57,340 nucleotides of DNA from Stellaceae bacterium (GTDB lineage Bacteria > Pseudomonadota > Alphaproteobacteria > ATCC43930 > CGMCC-115725): assembly GCA_049801295.1 (NCBI GenBank), contig JBARKH010000644.1, forward strand, positions 1 to 57,340, in the 5' to 3' direction. The position numbers were made by a program, and so were the translations under genes. How positions within the stretch are numbered: position 1 is the first letter of the stretch; the number at the start of each line of letters is the position of its first letter. Shown piece after piece: positions 9,219-18,529 of the stretch. Under the pieces are notes generated by a model. That model did no database searches. It worked only from the letters and a program-made list of their open reading frames with translations, and was not told the origin of the DNA.

Positions 9219-11351
9219 ATGAAGCCGCATATCGGTTGTATCGCTGCGGGATTGCTTGCCGCGCTGGCGGGATATCCGGCGCTGGCGCAAGCGATCAACG
9301 GCTCGGCTGCTTCGCCGGCCGAATCCCCGCTCGTTTCTCCCTCGGAGCCCTCATCCGCGACCTCGGCCGCCCCCTCTACCGCTGCCACACAACAACCGCC
9401 GGCATCACCGTTCGGACCCGCTCCCGGCGTCTTCCCGACCATCTCTCCCGAACCTTCCGAACCGCAGATATCTCCCTTCGGACCCACCCCCGGCGTCTTT
9501 CCAGGCATTTCTCCGGCCCCCTCCACCAACGCCACGCCCGAGGAGCCGGTATCTCCGTTTGGCCCCGCCCCCGGGGTCCTTCCGGGTATCTCTCCCGCTC
9601 CGTCCACCAGCGCCACGCCGGGGGAGCCGGCATCTCCTTCCCCCGGCGTCTCCCCCGGCGCGCCAACAGCCGCCACGCCCGAGCAGCCGACCTCTCCGTT
9701 TGGGGCGTCGCCCAACACCTTCCCCACTGCCCCGCCGCCGCTATTGACGTCGGGGTATGCGTTCGGCGCCCCGCTCTCGCCTCTCGCAGGAACAGCCGCA
9801 GCGCTGCCTACGGTGCCGCCGACACCCCCCAGCACCGTCGGGCTCCAGCCTCTCACTCCTGGCGCGCTTCCGGTTCAGGCGGGGAATAATCGCGCGCCGC
9901 CGATCCTCATTGTGCCAAGAGCGACTCTGTCCGAGGGCTATACCGACAATCCACGCAACACCGCGAATACGCTTTCGGATTCGCTCACCCATCTCAACGC
10001 CGGTACCGCCATTTCTGTCGATAGCGTTCGACTGCAAGGCCAGCTCAACGGCTCAATCGACTACCAGAAATACGCCCGCGCCACGGATCTGGATGCCCTC
10101 AACGTCAATCTTCTGGGGTACGGGCTGGGAACCATCGTCCCTGAGCACCTGTTCATCGATGGGCGTGCGACGATGACGCAGCTGTCGCGCAATGGCGGCC
10201 TCGGCTTTGCGAATTCGACATTGCTCCAGCCATCGCAACAGACCCAAGCGGAGATTGTGTCGCTTACCCCGATCGTCCGGCAATCATTCGACGGCTATGT
10301 AGATGGCGAACTCCGCTACAACTACGGATTGAACCTGTTTCAAAACGGTAGTTTGCTCAACAACACGACGACCGCCATTCCTCCGGCCACCACTGCGCCG
10401 TCGAGTTCGCTCTCGAATTCCACCGTGAATGACGTGACTCTGAGCCTGGCGACCGGCCGCCGCTTCACGGTCTTCGGCTCGAAACTGACGCTCGACGCGA
10501 CCAACGTTGATTCGCAGTCCCCGTCGAAATCCACGCAGTTGCGCGGGTTTGACGATGTGGAATATCAATTTAACCAGCGGTTTGCTGCGCTCGGCCGGGT
10601 CGGCTATGAAAATCTTGATTATCCACTGCAGCCGGCGGCGAGCACCACCGGGCCGATTTGGTTGATCGGCGGCCGGGTGACGCTGGATCCAGGCAGCTAC
10701 TTTTTCTTACGCTACGGTCTGCAAGACGGCTTCTATGGTCTTGACGGGGCATTACGCTATCAATTGACCGCCTCGACCACACTGCTCGCCTCCTTGCAGC
10801 ATAATCTTTCCTCGTCGCAACAAGATATACTCGCCAATCTCAATTCTTCTCAAGTCGACGCCTCTGGAAATGTTGTCAACCAGGTCACCGGCTTGCCTTC
10901 GGCTTTGACAAACCCCGAGTTTTCTTTATCCAATAGCATATCCCGGCAAGAGCAAGCACGTATCGGAATACAGACCCAACTCAATCGCGATACCTACGGG
11001 TTATTCGGCTTTCTCGATCACCGGTCTGCGGTGGGGGTTCCGATCCCGATCGCCGGGGTTGCGCAGACCTCGTCGGGCAACGACACCTCGAGGGGCGTAA
11101 ATTTCACGTGGGGCCGATCGCTGACCCCGAGACTGAGCAGTGCGGCCGCACTCGGCTATGCCAGTACCGTTGCCACCCACCAGAAGACGGCGACCGCAGA
11201 TTTAATGTTGACCTACACCCTGAACGACAGGCTTAATGCCGTCCTTCATTATCAGTTTATTAACGTCGACGCCCCCACTCTTACCAGCGGGTCTATCAAC
11301 GGTTCATATCGGCGCAACCAGGTTGAGATCGGCGTGACGCGGAGCTTTTGA
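9219..11351 (+). CDS. PEP-CTERM-system-associated outer-membrane beta-barrel protein with a Pro-rich N-terminal extension
   Basis: Track ORF 9186..11351, trimmed to MKPHIGCIAAGLLAALAGYPALAQA (signal peptide). C-terminal alternating beta-strand pattern ends ...NQVEIGVTRSF (terminal Phe). Position 4 of the canonical locus. Confidence 0.8.
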   Translation: MKPHIGCIAAGLLAALAGYPALAQAINGSAASPAESPLVSPSEPSSATSAAPSTAATQQPPASPFGPAPGVFPTISPEPSEPQISPFGPTPGVFPGISPAPSTNATPEEPVSPFGPAPGVLPGISPAPSTSATPGEPASPSPGVSPGAPTAATPEQPTSPFGASPNTFPTAPPPLLTSGYAFGAPLSPLAGTAAALPTVPPTPPSTVGLQPLTPGALPVQAGNNRAPPILIVPRATLSEGYTDNPRNTANTLSDSLTHLNAGTAISVDSVRLQGQLNGSIDYQKYARATDLDALNVNLLGYGLGTIVPEHLFIDGRATMTQLSRNGGLGFANSTLLQPSQQTQAEIVSLTPIVRQSFDGYVDGELRYNYGLNLFQNGSLLNNTTTAIPPATTAPSSSLSNSTVNDVTLSLATGRRFTVFGSKLTLDATNVDSQSPSKSTQLRGFDDVEYQFNQRFAALGRVGYENLDYPLQPAASTTGPIWLIGGRVTLDPGSYFFLRYGLQDGFYGLDGALRYQLTASTTLLASLQHNLSSSQQDILANLNSSQVDASGNVVNQVTGLPSALTNPEFSLSNSISRQEQARIGIQTQLNRDTYGLFGFLDHRSAVGVPIPIAGVAQTSSGNDTSRGVNFTWGRSLTPRLSSAAALGYASTVATHQKTATADLMLTYTLNDRLNAVLHYQFINVDAPTLTSGSINGSYRRNQVEIGVTRSF
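9395..9745 (+). repeat. in-frame Pro-rich tandem repeat (about 20-aa units, SPFGPxPGVFPxISPxPS) inside the OMP gene
   Basis: Read directly: ASPFGPAPGVFPTISPEPSEPQ / ISPFGPTPGVFPGISPAPSTNATPEEP / VSPFGPAPGVLPGISPAPSTSATPGEP / ...TSPFGASPNTFPTAPPP. Confidence 0.8.
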
Positions 11352-11358
11352 CCTCTTC

Positions 11359-12372
11359 ATGTACGCCAAATTCTACGGCCTCGATTCGCTGGCGTTCCAG
11401 CTGACGCCCGATCCGCGGTTTTTCTTCGAGAGCGCCGAGCACCGGCGGGCGATGGCGCACCTGACCTTTGGTCTGCATAATGCCGAGGGTTTCATCGTCA
11501 TCACCGGTGAGGTGGGCGCCGGCAAGACGATGCTGGTCGATTGCCTGCTGTCGCAGATCGACCCGCACTCCTTCGTGACCGCCAGGATCGTCACCAGCCA
11601 GCTCGGCGGGGACGATTTGTTGCGCATGGTCGCCGCCGGTTTTGGGTTGGATCATGCGGGATTGGCGAAAGCGACGCTGCTGATCCGGATCCAGGAGTAT
11701 GCGCTGGCCCAATTTGCGGCCGGTAGGCGCGCGCTTCTGATTATCGACGAGGCGCAGAACCTTTCGTTCGAGGCGCTCGAAGAGCTTCGCATGCTCTCGA
11801 ACATCGTGGTCGGCTCGGCACCGGCGCTGCAAAGTTTTCTTCTGGGGCAACCGCAATTCCGCCAGGTTCTGGGAAACCCGGCGCTCGACCAGCTACGGCA
11901 ACGCGTCACCGGAGCCTATCATCTTGGTCCGCTGAGTGAGGCCGACACGCGCGGCTATATCGAGCATCGTCTATGCTGTGCCGGCTGGAAGGGCGATCCG
12001 CAATTCACCGACGACTGCTTTGCTCCGATCTATCAACATACCGGAGGCGTGCCGCGGCGGATCAACGGTCTGTGTTCCCGACTGATGCTGTTCGGTTTCA
12101 TCGAGGGCCGCCATACGATCTCAGCTGCCGACACCCAGCAAGTGGCCGCCGATCTCAGGAGCGAACTATCGGCCGTGGCGACAGCTAATCGGGCACCCAA
12201 CGGGGTAGGGGTTTCCGCCTCGGTGGGAGATCACCCGCTCCCTCTCGCAGCCATTTGCGACCGGCTCGGCAGCCTCGAGCGCATGGCCGAGGGTCATGAT
12301 CGCACGATCAGGCGGGTGATCGAGATTATGGCGGGCTACTTCGAGAGGTCGGAATCCGATGAACTTCGTTAG
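11359..12372 (+). CDS. XrtA/PEP-CTERM-system-associated AAA ATPase (ExeA/GspA-like)
   Basis: MYAKFYGLDSLAFQLTPDPRFFFES...ITGEVGAGKTML (Walker A), LLIIDEAQNL (Walker B). Confidence 0.85.
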   Translation: MYAKFYGLDSLAFQLTPDPRFFFESAEHRRAMAHLTFGLHNAEGFIVITGEVGAGKTMLVDCLLSQIDPHSFVTARIVTSQLGGDDLLRMVAAGFGLDHAGLAKATLLIRIQEYALAQFAAGRRALLIIDEAQNLSFEALEELRMLSNIVVGSAPALQSFLLGQPQFRQVLGNPALDQLRQRVTGAYHLGPLSEADTRGYIEHRLCCAGWKGDPQFTDDCFAPIYQHTGGVPRRINGLCSRLMLFGFIEGRHTISAADTQQVAADLRSELSAVATANRAPNGVGVSASVGDHPLPLAAICDRLGSLERMAEGHDRTIRRVIEIMAGYFERSESDELR

Positions 12373-13321
12373 CGCCGCAGAAGAAAGAGCTGGGGGCGAT
12401 GAGCTGCACCGCCCGGTCGACATCACGTCGACCGATATCATGCCGGCCCCCTGCAACGCTCTGACCATCGATGTCGAGGATTACTTTCACGTCGAGGCCT
12501 TTGCCGGGGTCATCGATCGGAACGATTGGGAGGCGCAACCGCGGCGGGTCGCACGTAACACCGGGCGGCTGCTCGATATCCTGGGCGAGGCAGGGGCTAC
12601 CGGGACGTTCTTCATGCTCGGCTGGGTTGCGCAGCGCCATCCCGAGCTGGTGCGGCGTATCATAGCGGAGGGGCACGAGATCGCCAGCCACGGCTCGGAC
12701 CACTATCGCGCCGATCAGCAATCGCGCGACGAGTTCCGCGCTGACGTGCGCCGTTGCAAGGCGTTGCTCGAAGAGACCGGTGGCGTTCCCGTTGTGGGAT
12801 ACCGCGCACCGACATTCTCGGTCGGACATCGCAATCGCTGGGTTCATGCGGTTCTGGCCGAAGAAGGTTACCGCTACAGCTCGAGCGTCTATCCGATTGC
12901 GCACGATCTGTATGGCGAACCGGATGCCCCGCGCCACCCATTCTGTCCGCAGCCGGGCTTTGTCGAAATCCCGCTCACCACGGTCCGCATCTTCGGGCGC
13001 AATCTGCCGACCGCCGGGGGCGGCTATTTCCGGCTGCTGCCCTATCGCGTGACCCGCCGGGCGCTGCGCAAGGCCGGCAAGGATTTGGGCGTACCGGGCG
13101 TCTTTTATATCCATCCCTGGGAGATCGACCCGGACCAGCCGCGGCAATCGCAGGCCCCGTTGCTCTCGCGGTTTCGGCATTATCTCAATCTCGGTCGGAC
13201 CGAGGGGCGGTTGCACCGGTTGTTGCACGATTTCCGATGGGCGCGGATGGATCGCGTCTTTCTCGACGGGACAACACCCCACCCGCTGATCGAGTCATGG
13301 CTGAAGCCGCGGGCCCAATAA
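12359..13321 (+). CDS. XrtA-system polysaccharide deacetylase (NodB-homology)
   Basis: NALTIDVEDYFHVEAF...GTFFMLGWVAQRHPELVRRIIAEGHEIASHGSDH. The ATG at 12359 overlaps the upstream gene by 14 nt; an alternative ATG is at 12440. Confidence 0.85.
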   Translation: MNFVSAAEERAGGDELHRPVDITSTDIMPAPCNALTIDVEDYFHVEAFAGVIDRNDWEAQPRRVARNTGRLLDILGEAGATGTFFMLGWVAQRHPELVRRIIAEGHEIASHGSDHYRADQQSRDEFRADVRRCKALLEETGGVPVVGYRAPTFSVGHRNRWVHAVLAEEGYRYSSSVYPIAHDLYGEPDAPRHPFCPQPGFVEIPLTTVRIFGRNLPTAGGGYFRLLPYRVTRRALRKAGKDLGVPGVFYIHPWEIDPDQPRQSQAPLLSRFRHYLNLGRTEGRLHRLLHDFRWARMDRVFLDGTTPHPLIESWLKPRAQ

Positions 13322-14343
13322 CCGTACGGACGCTCACCTCCGGCGACGAGGCGCGGTGGGATTCGTTCGTCGAGGCCACACCGAGCGGCACCTTCTTTCA
13401 TCTCTCCGGCTGGAAGCGGGCGATCGAGAAGGCCTTCAAGCACCGCACGTACTATTTGATGGCTGAGCGCGATCAGACGGTCACCGGCGTCTTGCCGCTG
13501 ACCCTCGTCAAGACGAGGCTGTTCGGCGCCAGCCTTATTTCCAACGCGTTTTGCGTTCAGGGCGGACCGATCGCATCGGATGCCGCGAGCCTGCGTGCTT
13601 TGGAGGAGGCAGCGCTTCGGTTGATGGAGGAGCTCCACGTTCCGGTTCTCGAATTCCGTGCCTGGGCGGAGGGTCGATCGGACTGGCTCAGCAGGGACGA
13701 CCTCTATGCCAGCTTCCGCAAGCCGATCGATCCGTCGATTGACCAGAACCTGAAAGCCATTCCGCGCAAGCAGCGCGCGATGATTCGCAAGGGCCAGCAG
13801 AACGGCTTGCGCTCTCAGCTGGATGACGATGTCGAACGCCTCTATCGGCTCTATGGCGAGAGCGTGCGCAATCTGGGAACGCCGGTATTTCCCAAGAAAT
13901 ATTTTGAATTGCTGCGCGCGGTGTTTCCGGAGAGATCGGACATCGTCACGATCACCAGCGATGGGACGGCCGTGGCGTCGGTGTTGAATTTCTACTTCCG
14001 GGAGGAAGTGCTGCCCTATTATGGCGGCGGCACGGCGGACGCGCGTCGCTTGGCGGCGAATGATTTCATGTACTGGGAGGTGATGCGGCGGGCTTGTGAA
14101 CGCGGGTTCCGGTTGTTTGACTTCGGCCGCAGCAAGCGGGGCACCGGGGCCTTTGATTTCAAATGCTATTGGGGCTTTGAACCGGCACCGCTGGTGTATC
14201 AGTTCCGGCTGGCGCACGGGCGCAAAATTCCCGATTTGAACCCGCTCAATCCAAAGTTTCGGATGTTTGTCAAGCTATGGAAGCGGCTGCCGCTAAGCGT
14301 GGCGGCACGGCTTGGGCCACCCATCGTGCGCGGGCTTGGCTAA
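13297..14343 (+). CDS. FemAB-family protein, PEP-CTERM-system-associated
   Basis: In-frame ATG at 13297 within track ORF 12754..14343. The upstream part overlaps the deacetylase and is rejected. MAEAAGPITVRTLTSGDEARWDSFV...FHLSGWKRAIEKAF is typical of this FemAB-like acyltransferase-fold family. Confidence 0.85.
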   Translation: MAEAAGPITVRTLTSGDEARWDSFVEATPSGTFFHLSGWKRAIEKAFKHRTYYLMAERDQTVTGVLPLTLVKTRLFGASLISNAFCVQGGPIASDAASLRALEEAALRLMEELHVPVLEFRAWAEGRSDWLSRDDLYASFRKPIDPSIDQNLKAIPRKQRAMIRKGQQNGLRSQLDDDVERLYRLYGESVRNLGTPVFPKKYFELLRAVFPERSDIVTITSDGTAVASVLNFYFREEVLPYYGGGTADARRLAANDFMYWEVMRRACERGFRLFDFGRSKRGTGAFDFKCYWGFEPAPLVYQFRLAHGRKIPDLNPLNPKFRMFVKLWKRLPLSVAARLGPPIVRGLG

Positions 14344-14344
14344 C

Positions 14345-15592
14345 ATGCGCGACATTCTTTTTCTCACCCATCGCATCCCCTATCCCCCCGACAAGGGCGA
14401 TAAGATCCGAGCGTGGAACATCCTGCAGCATCTTGCCTCGCGGCACCGTGTCCATCTCGGCACGTTCATCGATGAGCCTGAGGATGTCCGCGGGTTGGAG
14501 CGTTTGGAGAAAGTCTGCGCGAGTGTATTCTGGCGGCCACTGTCACCGCGGCTTGCGCGACTGCGCAGCCTCCGTTGTCTATTGAGCGGTGCGCCCCTGA
14601 CGCAAGGTTATTTCGGCGACGCACGCTTCCGCGCCGAAACCGATCGTGTCGTGGCCCGGTACAAACCCAGCCTCTTCTACATCTTCTCCTCCGCGATGGC
14701 CCCCTATGTCGCCGATCAGCGCGGCGCGCGCGTGATCATCGATATGGTCGATGTCGATTCCGAGAAGTGGCGGCAATACGCCGAGACGAGCCACGGGCTG
14801 GCACGCCTCATCTATGCGCGCGAAGGGCGCGCGCTGCTCGCGCTCGAACGCCAGGCGGCCGCGGATGCGGACGCGGTGGTCTTCGTATCCCGCGCCGAGG
14901 CGGCGCTGTTTGCCCGACTCGCTCCGGAATCGTCGTCGCGTATCCACTACGTCAATAACGGCGTCGACAGCGAGCATTTCACCCCGTCGGCAAAGTTTCC
15001 AAACCCCCTGGGAGATCGCCCGGCGATCGTCTTCACCGGGATGATGAATTACCGCCCGAACGTCGAAGCGATGAGCTGGTTCGTCGAGCAGGTGATGCCC
15101 CGACTGCGCGCCCATCCGAAAGCCCCCTGCCTGTGGATTGTGGGCGCGAACCCCTGCCCCGCGGTGCTCGCCCTCGCCGGCCCGGACGTCCGCGTGACCG
15201 GGCGCGTACCGGATGTCCGACCTTATTTGCGCGACGCGGCGGCGGTGGTGGCTCCCTTGCAGATCGCCCGTGGCATTCAGAACAAGGTGCTCGAGGCCAT
15301 GGCGATGGGGGCCGCGGTCGTTGTCACGCCCCAGGCGCATGAAGGCCTCGACCGTTGTTCGGCTGAGGAGCTGTTGACCGCGGCGACCGGCGCCGAATTT
15401 GCCGACGCAGTCGTCCGCATCCTCGATGGCGCGGCGGGACCGATTGGCGCACGTGCGCGGGCGCGCGTCGTTCGCGATTACCGTTGGCGGGCGAGCCTCG
15501 CGACGCTCGACCAGCTCGTGGACGCGGAACCAAGCGGATCGGCGCCGCCGGGTGGCATGTCAGCCGTAGGGCGGCTCCAGGTCTCCGCGTGA
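14345..15592 (+). CDS. glycosyltransferase (GT4-like sugar transferase, PEP-CTERM/EpsH1-associated type)
   Basis: MRDILFLTHRIPYPPDKGDKIRAWNIL... N-terminus is characteristic. The ATG lies 2 nt after the previous stop. Confidence 0.85.
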   Translation: MRDILFLTHRIPYPPDKGDKIRAWNILQHLASRHRVHLGTFIDEPEDVRGLERLEKVCASVFWRPLSPRLARLRSLRCLLSGAPLTQGYFGDARFRAETDRVVARYKPSLFYIFSSAMAPYVADQRGARVIIDMVDVDSEKWRQYAETSHGLARLIYAREGRALLALERQAAADADAVVFVSRAEAALFARLAPESSSRIHYVNNGVDSEHFTPSAKFPNPLGDRPAIVFTGMMNYRPNVEAMSWFVEQVMPRLRAHPKAPCLWIVGANPCPAVLALAGPDVRVTGRVPDVRPYLRDAAAVVAPLQIARGIQNKVLEAMAMGAAVVVTPQAHEGLDRCSAEELLTAATGAEFADAVVRILDGAAGPIGARARARVVRDYRWRASLATLDQLVDAEPSGSAPPGGMSAVGRLQVSA

Positions 15593-15599
15593 GCGGCGG

Positions 15600-17147
15600 A
15601 TGATGACGAACATTTCACCATCGGTAAGCGATTCGGCGCCTGCCGCAACCCCCTTACAGGCCTGGATGCCCGCGCTGGTCGCTGTCGCCATAGCGTGCGC
15701 CGTGTTCGGCGTGGCGTTTCAGCGCGAAATTGTCGGGGCAGTCCGGGTATGGATGGGGTCGACCGCCTATAACCACTGCTTTCTCATCCTGCCATTGGTG
15801 GCGGTACTGCTGTGGAACCGCCGCGAGACGGTCGCCTTGCTGCGGCCGCGGCCGGCGCCCTGGGTTCTGGCGTCGGTGCCGCTGCTGTCGGCGGTATGGC
15901 TGGCCGCGGCTTTGCTGGACGTTCTGGAGGCAGAGCAGCTCGTTGTCGTTGCGCTATTCGAGGTTCTCCTTCTCGCGGTGCTCGGCTGGCGCGCGTTTCG
16001 CGCGCTGTTGGCGCCGCTCCTGTTCCTATTCTTTCTCGTGCCGTTCGGCGCGTTTCTCGTCCCTGCCTTGCAGCGGTTCACTGCCGCTTTCGCTGTGAAC
16101 GGGCTGCAGCTGCTTGGCATCCCGGTATTTGCCGATGGTTTCATCATCCAAATCCCGGAGGGGACTTTCGAGGTTGCCGAGGCCTGTGCCGGCCTCAGGT
16201 TTCTGATTGCCTCGATCGTGTTCGGATGCTTTTTCGCAATCGTCGTCTATCGCAGCAAGCTGCGCCGGATCGTCTTCGTCGGGCTCTCCATTTTCGTGCC
16301 GATCGTCGCGAATGGGCTGCGCGCGCTCGGCCTGATTGTGCTCGCCCACGTCGAGGGCAGCGCGACGGCGATGGAAGCCGATCACATTCTCTACGGCTGG
16401 CTCTTTTTCAGTTTGGTCACCTTGTTGTTGATCGCGATCGGGATGATCTTTGCCGATCGGCCCGGCCGCCCCGCGGTCCCGCCGGTCAGATTACCGGAGG
16501 CCGCCTCACGGGCGCGGATCGGAGCAATCATGGCAGCCGGTCTGCTGATGGCCGTTCTCGGCCCCGCCTATCTGACGATGATCGACCGCGCGTCGGCCGC
16601 GCCCGTTGCCGCAGCATTGTTCGACCCGGCGGCCGACAGCGGCTGGGCCCGCCAATCCGCCACGGCTGTCGATTGGCAACCCGTCGTGCGCGGGGCGAGC
16701 AGCGAGTCGAGCGCAACCTACCGCGACGGCGACGCCGCGGTGACCGAATTTGTCGCTCGCTACCGCCTCCCCGCACGCGGGAGCCCGCTGACCCGGACGG
16801 TCAACGCCGTGGCGGATCCGAAGATCTGGCGCGTCACGGCAACGGGCCGAGTGGCGGCATCGCTCGGCGGCAAGACGGTCGCCGTCAACAGTGCGACGAT
16901 CGTACGGCAAGGACACCACCGGCTGGTGTGGTGGTTCTATGTCATCGACGGCCGAACAACCGCCAGTACGCTGGAGGCCAAATTGCTGCAGGCCCGCGCC
17001 GCGTTCTCAGACGGCGCGCATGTCGGAGCCTACATCGCGATCTCGACCGAGGTCGACGATGTCGCACCGCAGAACGCAAGCCTCGCCCGCTTCCTGGAGG
17101 CGCTGCGTCTCCTGCCGGGCGCCCGAGCGTCACGCGTCGGATGGTGA
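15600..17147 (+). CDS. xrtA: exosortase A (XrtA/EpsH) fused to a C-terminal EpsI-family domain
   Basis: 515 aa, polytopic. Exosortase catalytic-type motifs seen: EACAGLRF (Cys), VANGLRA (Arg), LAHVEG (His). A C-terminal soluble extension of about 200 aa is consistent with EpsI. Confidence 0.9.
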   Translation: MMTNISPSVSDSAPAATPLQAWMPALVAVAIACAVFGVAFQREIVGAVRVWMGSTAYNHCFLILPLVAVLLWNRRETVALLRPRPAPWVLASVPLLSAVWLAAALLDVLEAEQLVVVALFEVLLLAVLGWRAFRALLAPLLFLFFLVPFGAFLVPALQRFTAAFAVNGLQLLGIPVFADGFIIQIPEGTFEVAEACAGLRFLIASIVFGCFFAIVVYRSKLRRIVFVGLSIFVPIVANGLRALGLIVLAHVEGSATAMEADHILYGWLFFSLVTLLLIAIGMIFADRPGRPAVPPVRLPEAASRARIGAIMAAGLLMAVLGPAYLTMIDRASAAPVAAALFDPAADSGWARQSATAVDWQPVVRGASSESSATYRDGDAAVTEFVARYRLPARGSPLTRTVNAVADPKIWRVTATGRVAASLGGKTVAVNSATIVRQGHHRLVWWFYVIDGRTTASTLEAKLLQARAAFSDGAHVGAYIAISTEVDDVAPQNASLARFLEALRLLPGARASRVGW

Positions 17148-17164
17148 CGCGCCGAGCGGCAAGG

Positions 17165-17460
17165 TCATGCGTCAAGGACAATTCCACATGCTAGAGCATT
17201 TTCAGAAAGAGTCCCATAGCCGGCGGCGCGGAAGTAGTTGGCGCATTCCTCTGGGGAGAAGTGATCGAGCAGTTCGCCGCTGCGGTTCCACAGTCCCTCG
17301 CGGGTGCGCTCGAGGGCTTGGCGCAGCAGGGTCTTGAGCTTGGCAAAGACCATCTCGATCGGATTCATCTCGGGCGAATAGGGCGGCAGCAGGAAGAGCT
17401 GCGCGCCCTTGGCCTGGATTGCGGCGCGCACGGCGGCGATTTTGTGGGCCGGCAGGGCCC
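17165..17460 (-). mobile_element. IS630-family transposase C-terminal fragment
   Basis: ...[45 protein letters not shown]...ECANYFRAAGYG is the DDE third-acidic-residue region (PPYSPxxNPIE). The N-terminal two thirds are missing. Confidence 0.7.
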
Positions 17461-17474
17461 GGGAAGGTTTGGCA

Positions 17475-17694
17475 CCTGTTCGCCGCTGACGACCGCCGGG
17501 TGTTGCGAGCGCACCAGCCCGATCTCGCGGGCGATCGCAACGGCGGTGTGCGGGTGGTCGCCGGTCACCATGATGACCTTGATGCCGGCGTCGTGACATT
17601 TCCGGATCGCCTCCGGCACCTCCGGGCGAGGAGGATCCTCCAGCCCGACCGGGCCGAGAAAAACCAGATCCCGCTCGAGCGTCTTCCCTGCCTC
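17475..17694 (-). pseudogene. P-type (P2-like) cation ATPase internal fragment
   Basis: [52 protein letters not shown] is the hinge/VTGD region of P-type ATPases. About 70 aa only, sandwiched between IS fragments. Confidence 0.6.
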
Positions 17695-17726
17695 GCCCGC
17701 GGCCGGGCCGCTGAACCGCCTCGCAA

Positions 17727-17986
17727 CATCATGTTTGTTGGTCTTCACGTATGCCCGCACATAGCGCGCTGGCATCAGCCGAACGTCGTGTCCCAGTTTG
17801 GCGAGCTCGCGGGCCCAAAAAATGGGCTCCGCCACAGGCTTCAAGGCCGACGACGCATGGCTCCATGCCGGCAAAGAACAAGAGAACATTTCCGCGAGCG
17901 AGCTTGCGACGAAGTACCGCCTGCCCGCTCTCGCCGACGCCATGCACCTGGAGCCAGCTCTTCGACGTGTCCAGCCCGATCGTCAT
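17727..17986 (-). mobile_element. IS110-family transposase N-terminal fragment, frameshifted
   Basis: [17 protein letters not shown]...[13 protein letters not shown] in one frame continues as (F)[30 protein letters not shown] in another. The rest of the gene is absent. Confidence 0.65.
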
Positions 17987-18084
17987 GATTGCCATTGGAG
18001 GCCTCCCCGGAGATCTACGGTACAACCCTCTCGGTAAGAGCGGGGACCGTCCATCTCATTATGTGCGCGACGATCGGCCGTTTG

Positions 18085-18506
18085 GGACCACCGCCTGGCT
18101 GCGCGCCAGGAGCGCATCGTGCCGCTTGTCGCCGAGCTTGAAGGATGGATGCGTGCTGAGCGTGCCCGGCTGTCGCGCCATGCGCCAAAGCCACGGATTA
18201 CATGCTCAAGCGCTGGCCGGCCTTCACCCGCTTCCTCGCCGACGGCCGCATCTGCCTCAGCAACAATGCCGCCGAGCGCGCATTACGTCGCATCGCCCTC
18301 GGGCGCCGGTCATGGCTGTTCGCCGGCTCCGATCGCGGTGGCGAGCGCGCCGCGGCGATGTGATCGGCACGGCGAAACTCAACAACCTCGATCCGCAGGC
18401 CTGGCTCGCCGACGTCCTGCGCCGGATCAACGATCACCCAGCCTCGCAGCTCGACGAGTTGCTCCCCTGGAATTGGAAAGGCCGGTCTGCCAGATTGGTT
18501 GCATAA
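18085..18506 (+). mobile_element. IS66-family transposase (TnpC) C-terminal fragment with frameshifts
   Basis: Pieces across frames: VPLVAELEGWMRAERARLSRHA / YMLKRWPAFTRFLADGRICLSNNAAERALRRIALGRRSWLFAGSDRGGERAAAM / IGTAKLNNLDPQAWLADVLRRINDHPASQLDELLPWNW. Confidence 0.7.
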
Positions 18507-18529
18507 GCGCTGCCTACGATGAGGCGACC

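Noticed and set aside
12754-13296. The N-terminal 181 codons of track ORF 12754..14343.
   Set aside because: This part overlaps the deacetylase gene in another frame and is Arg-rich. FemAB-family similarity begins at the in-frame ATG at 13297.
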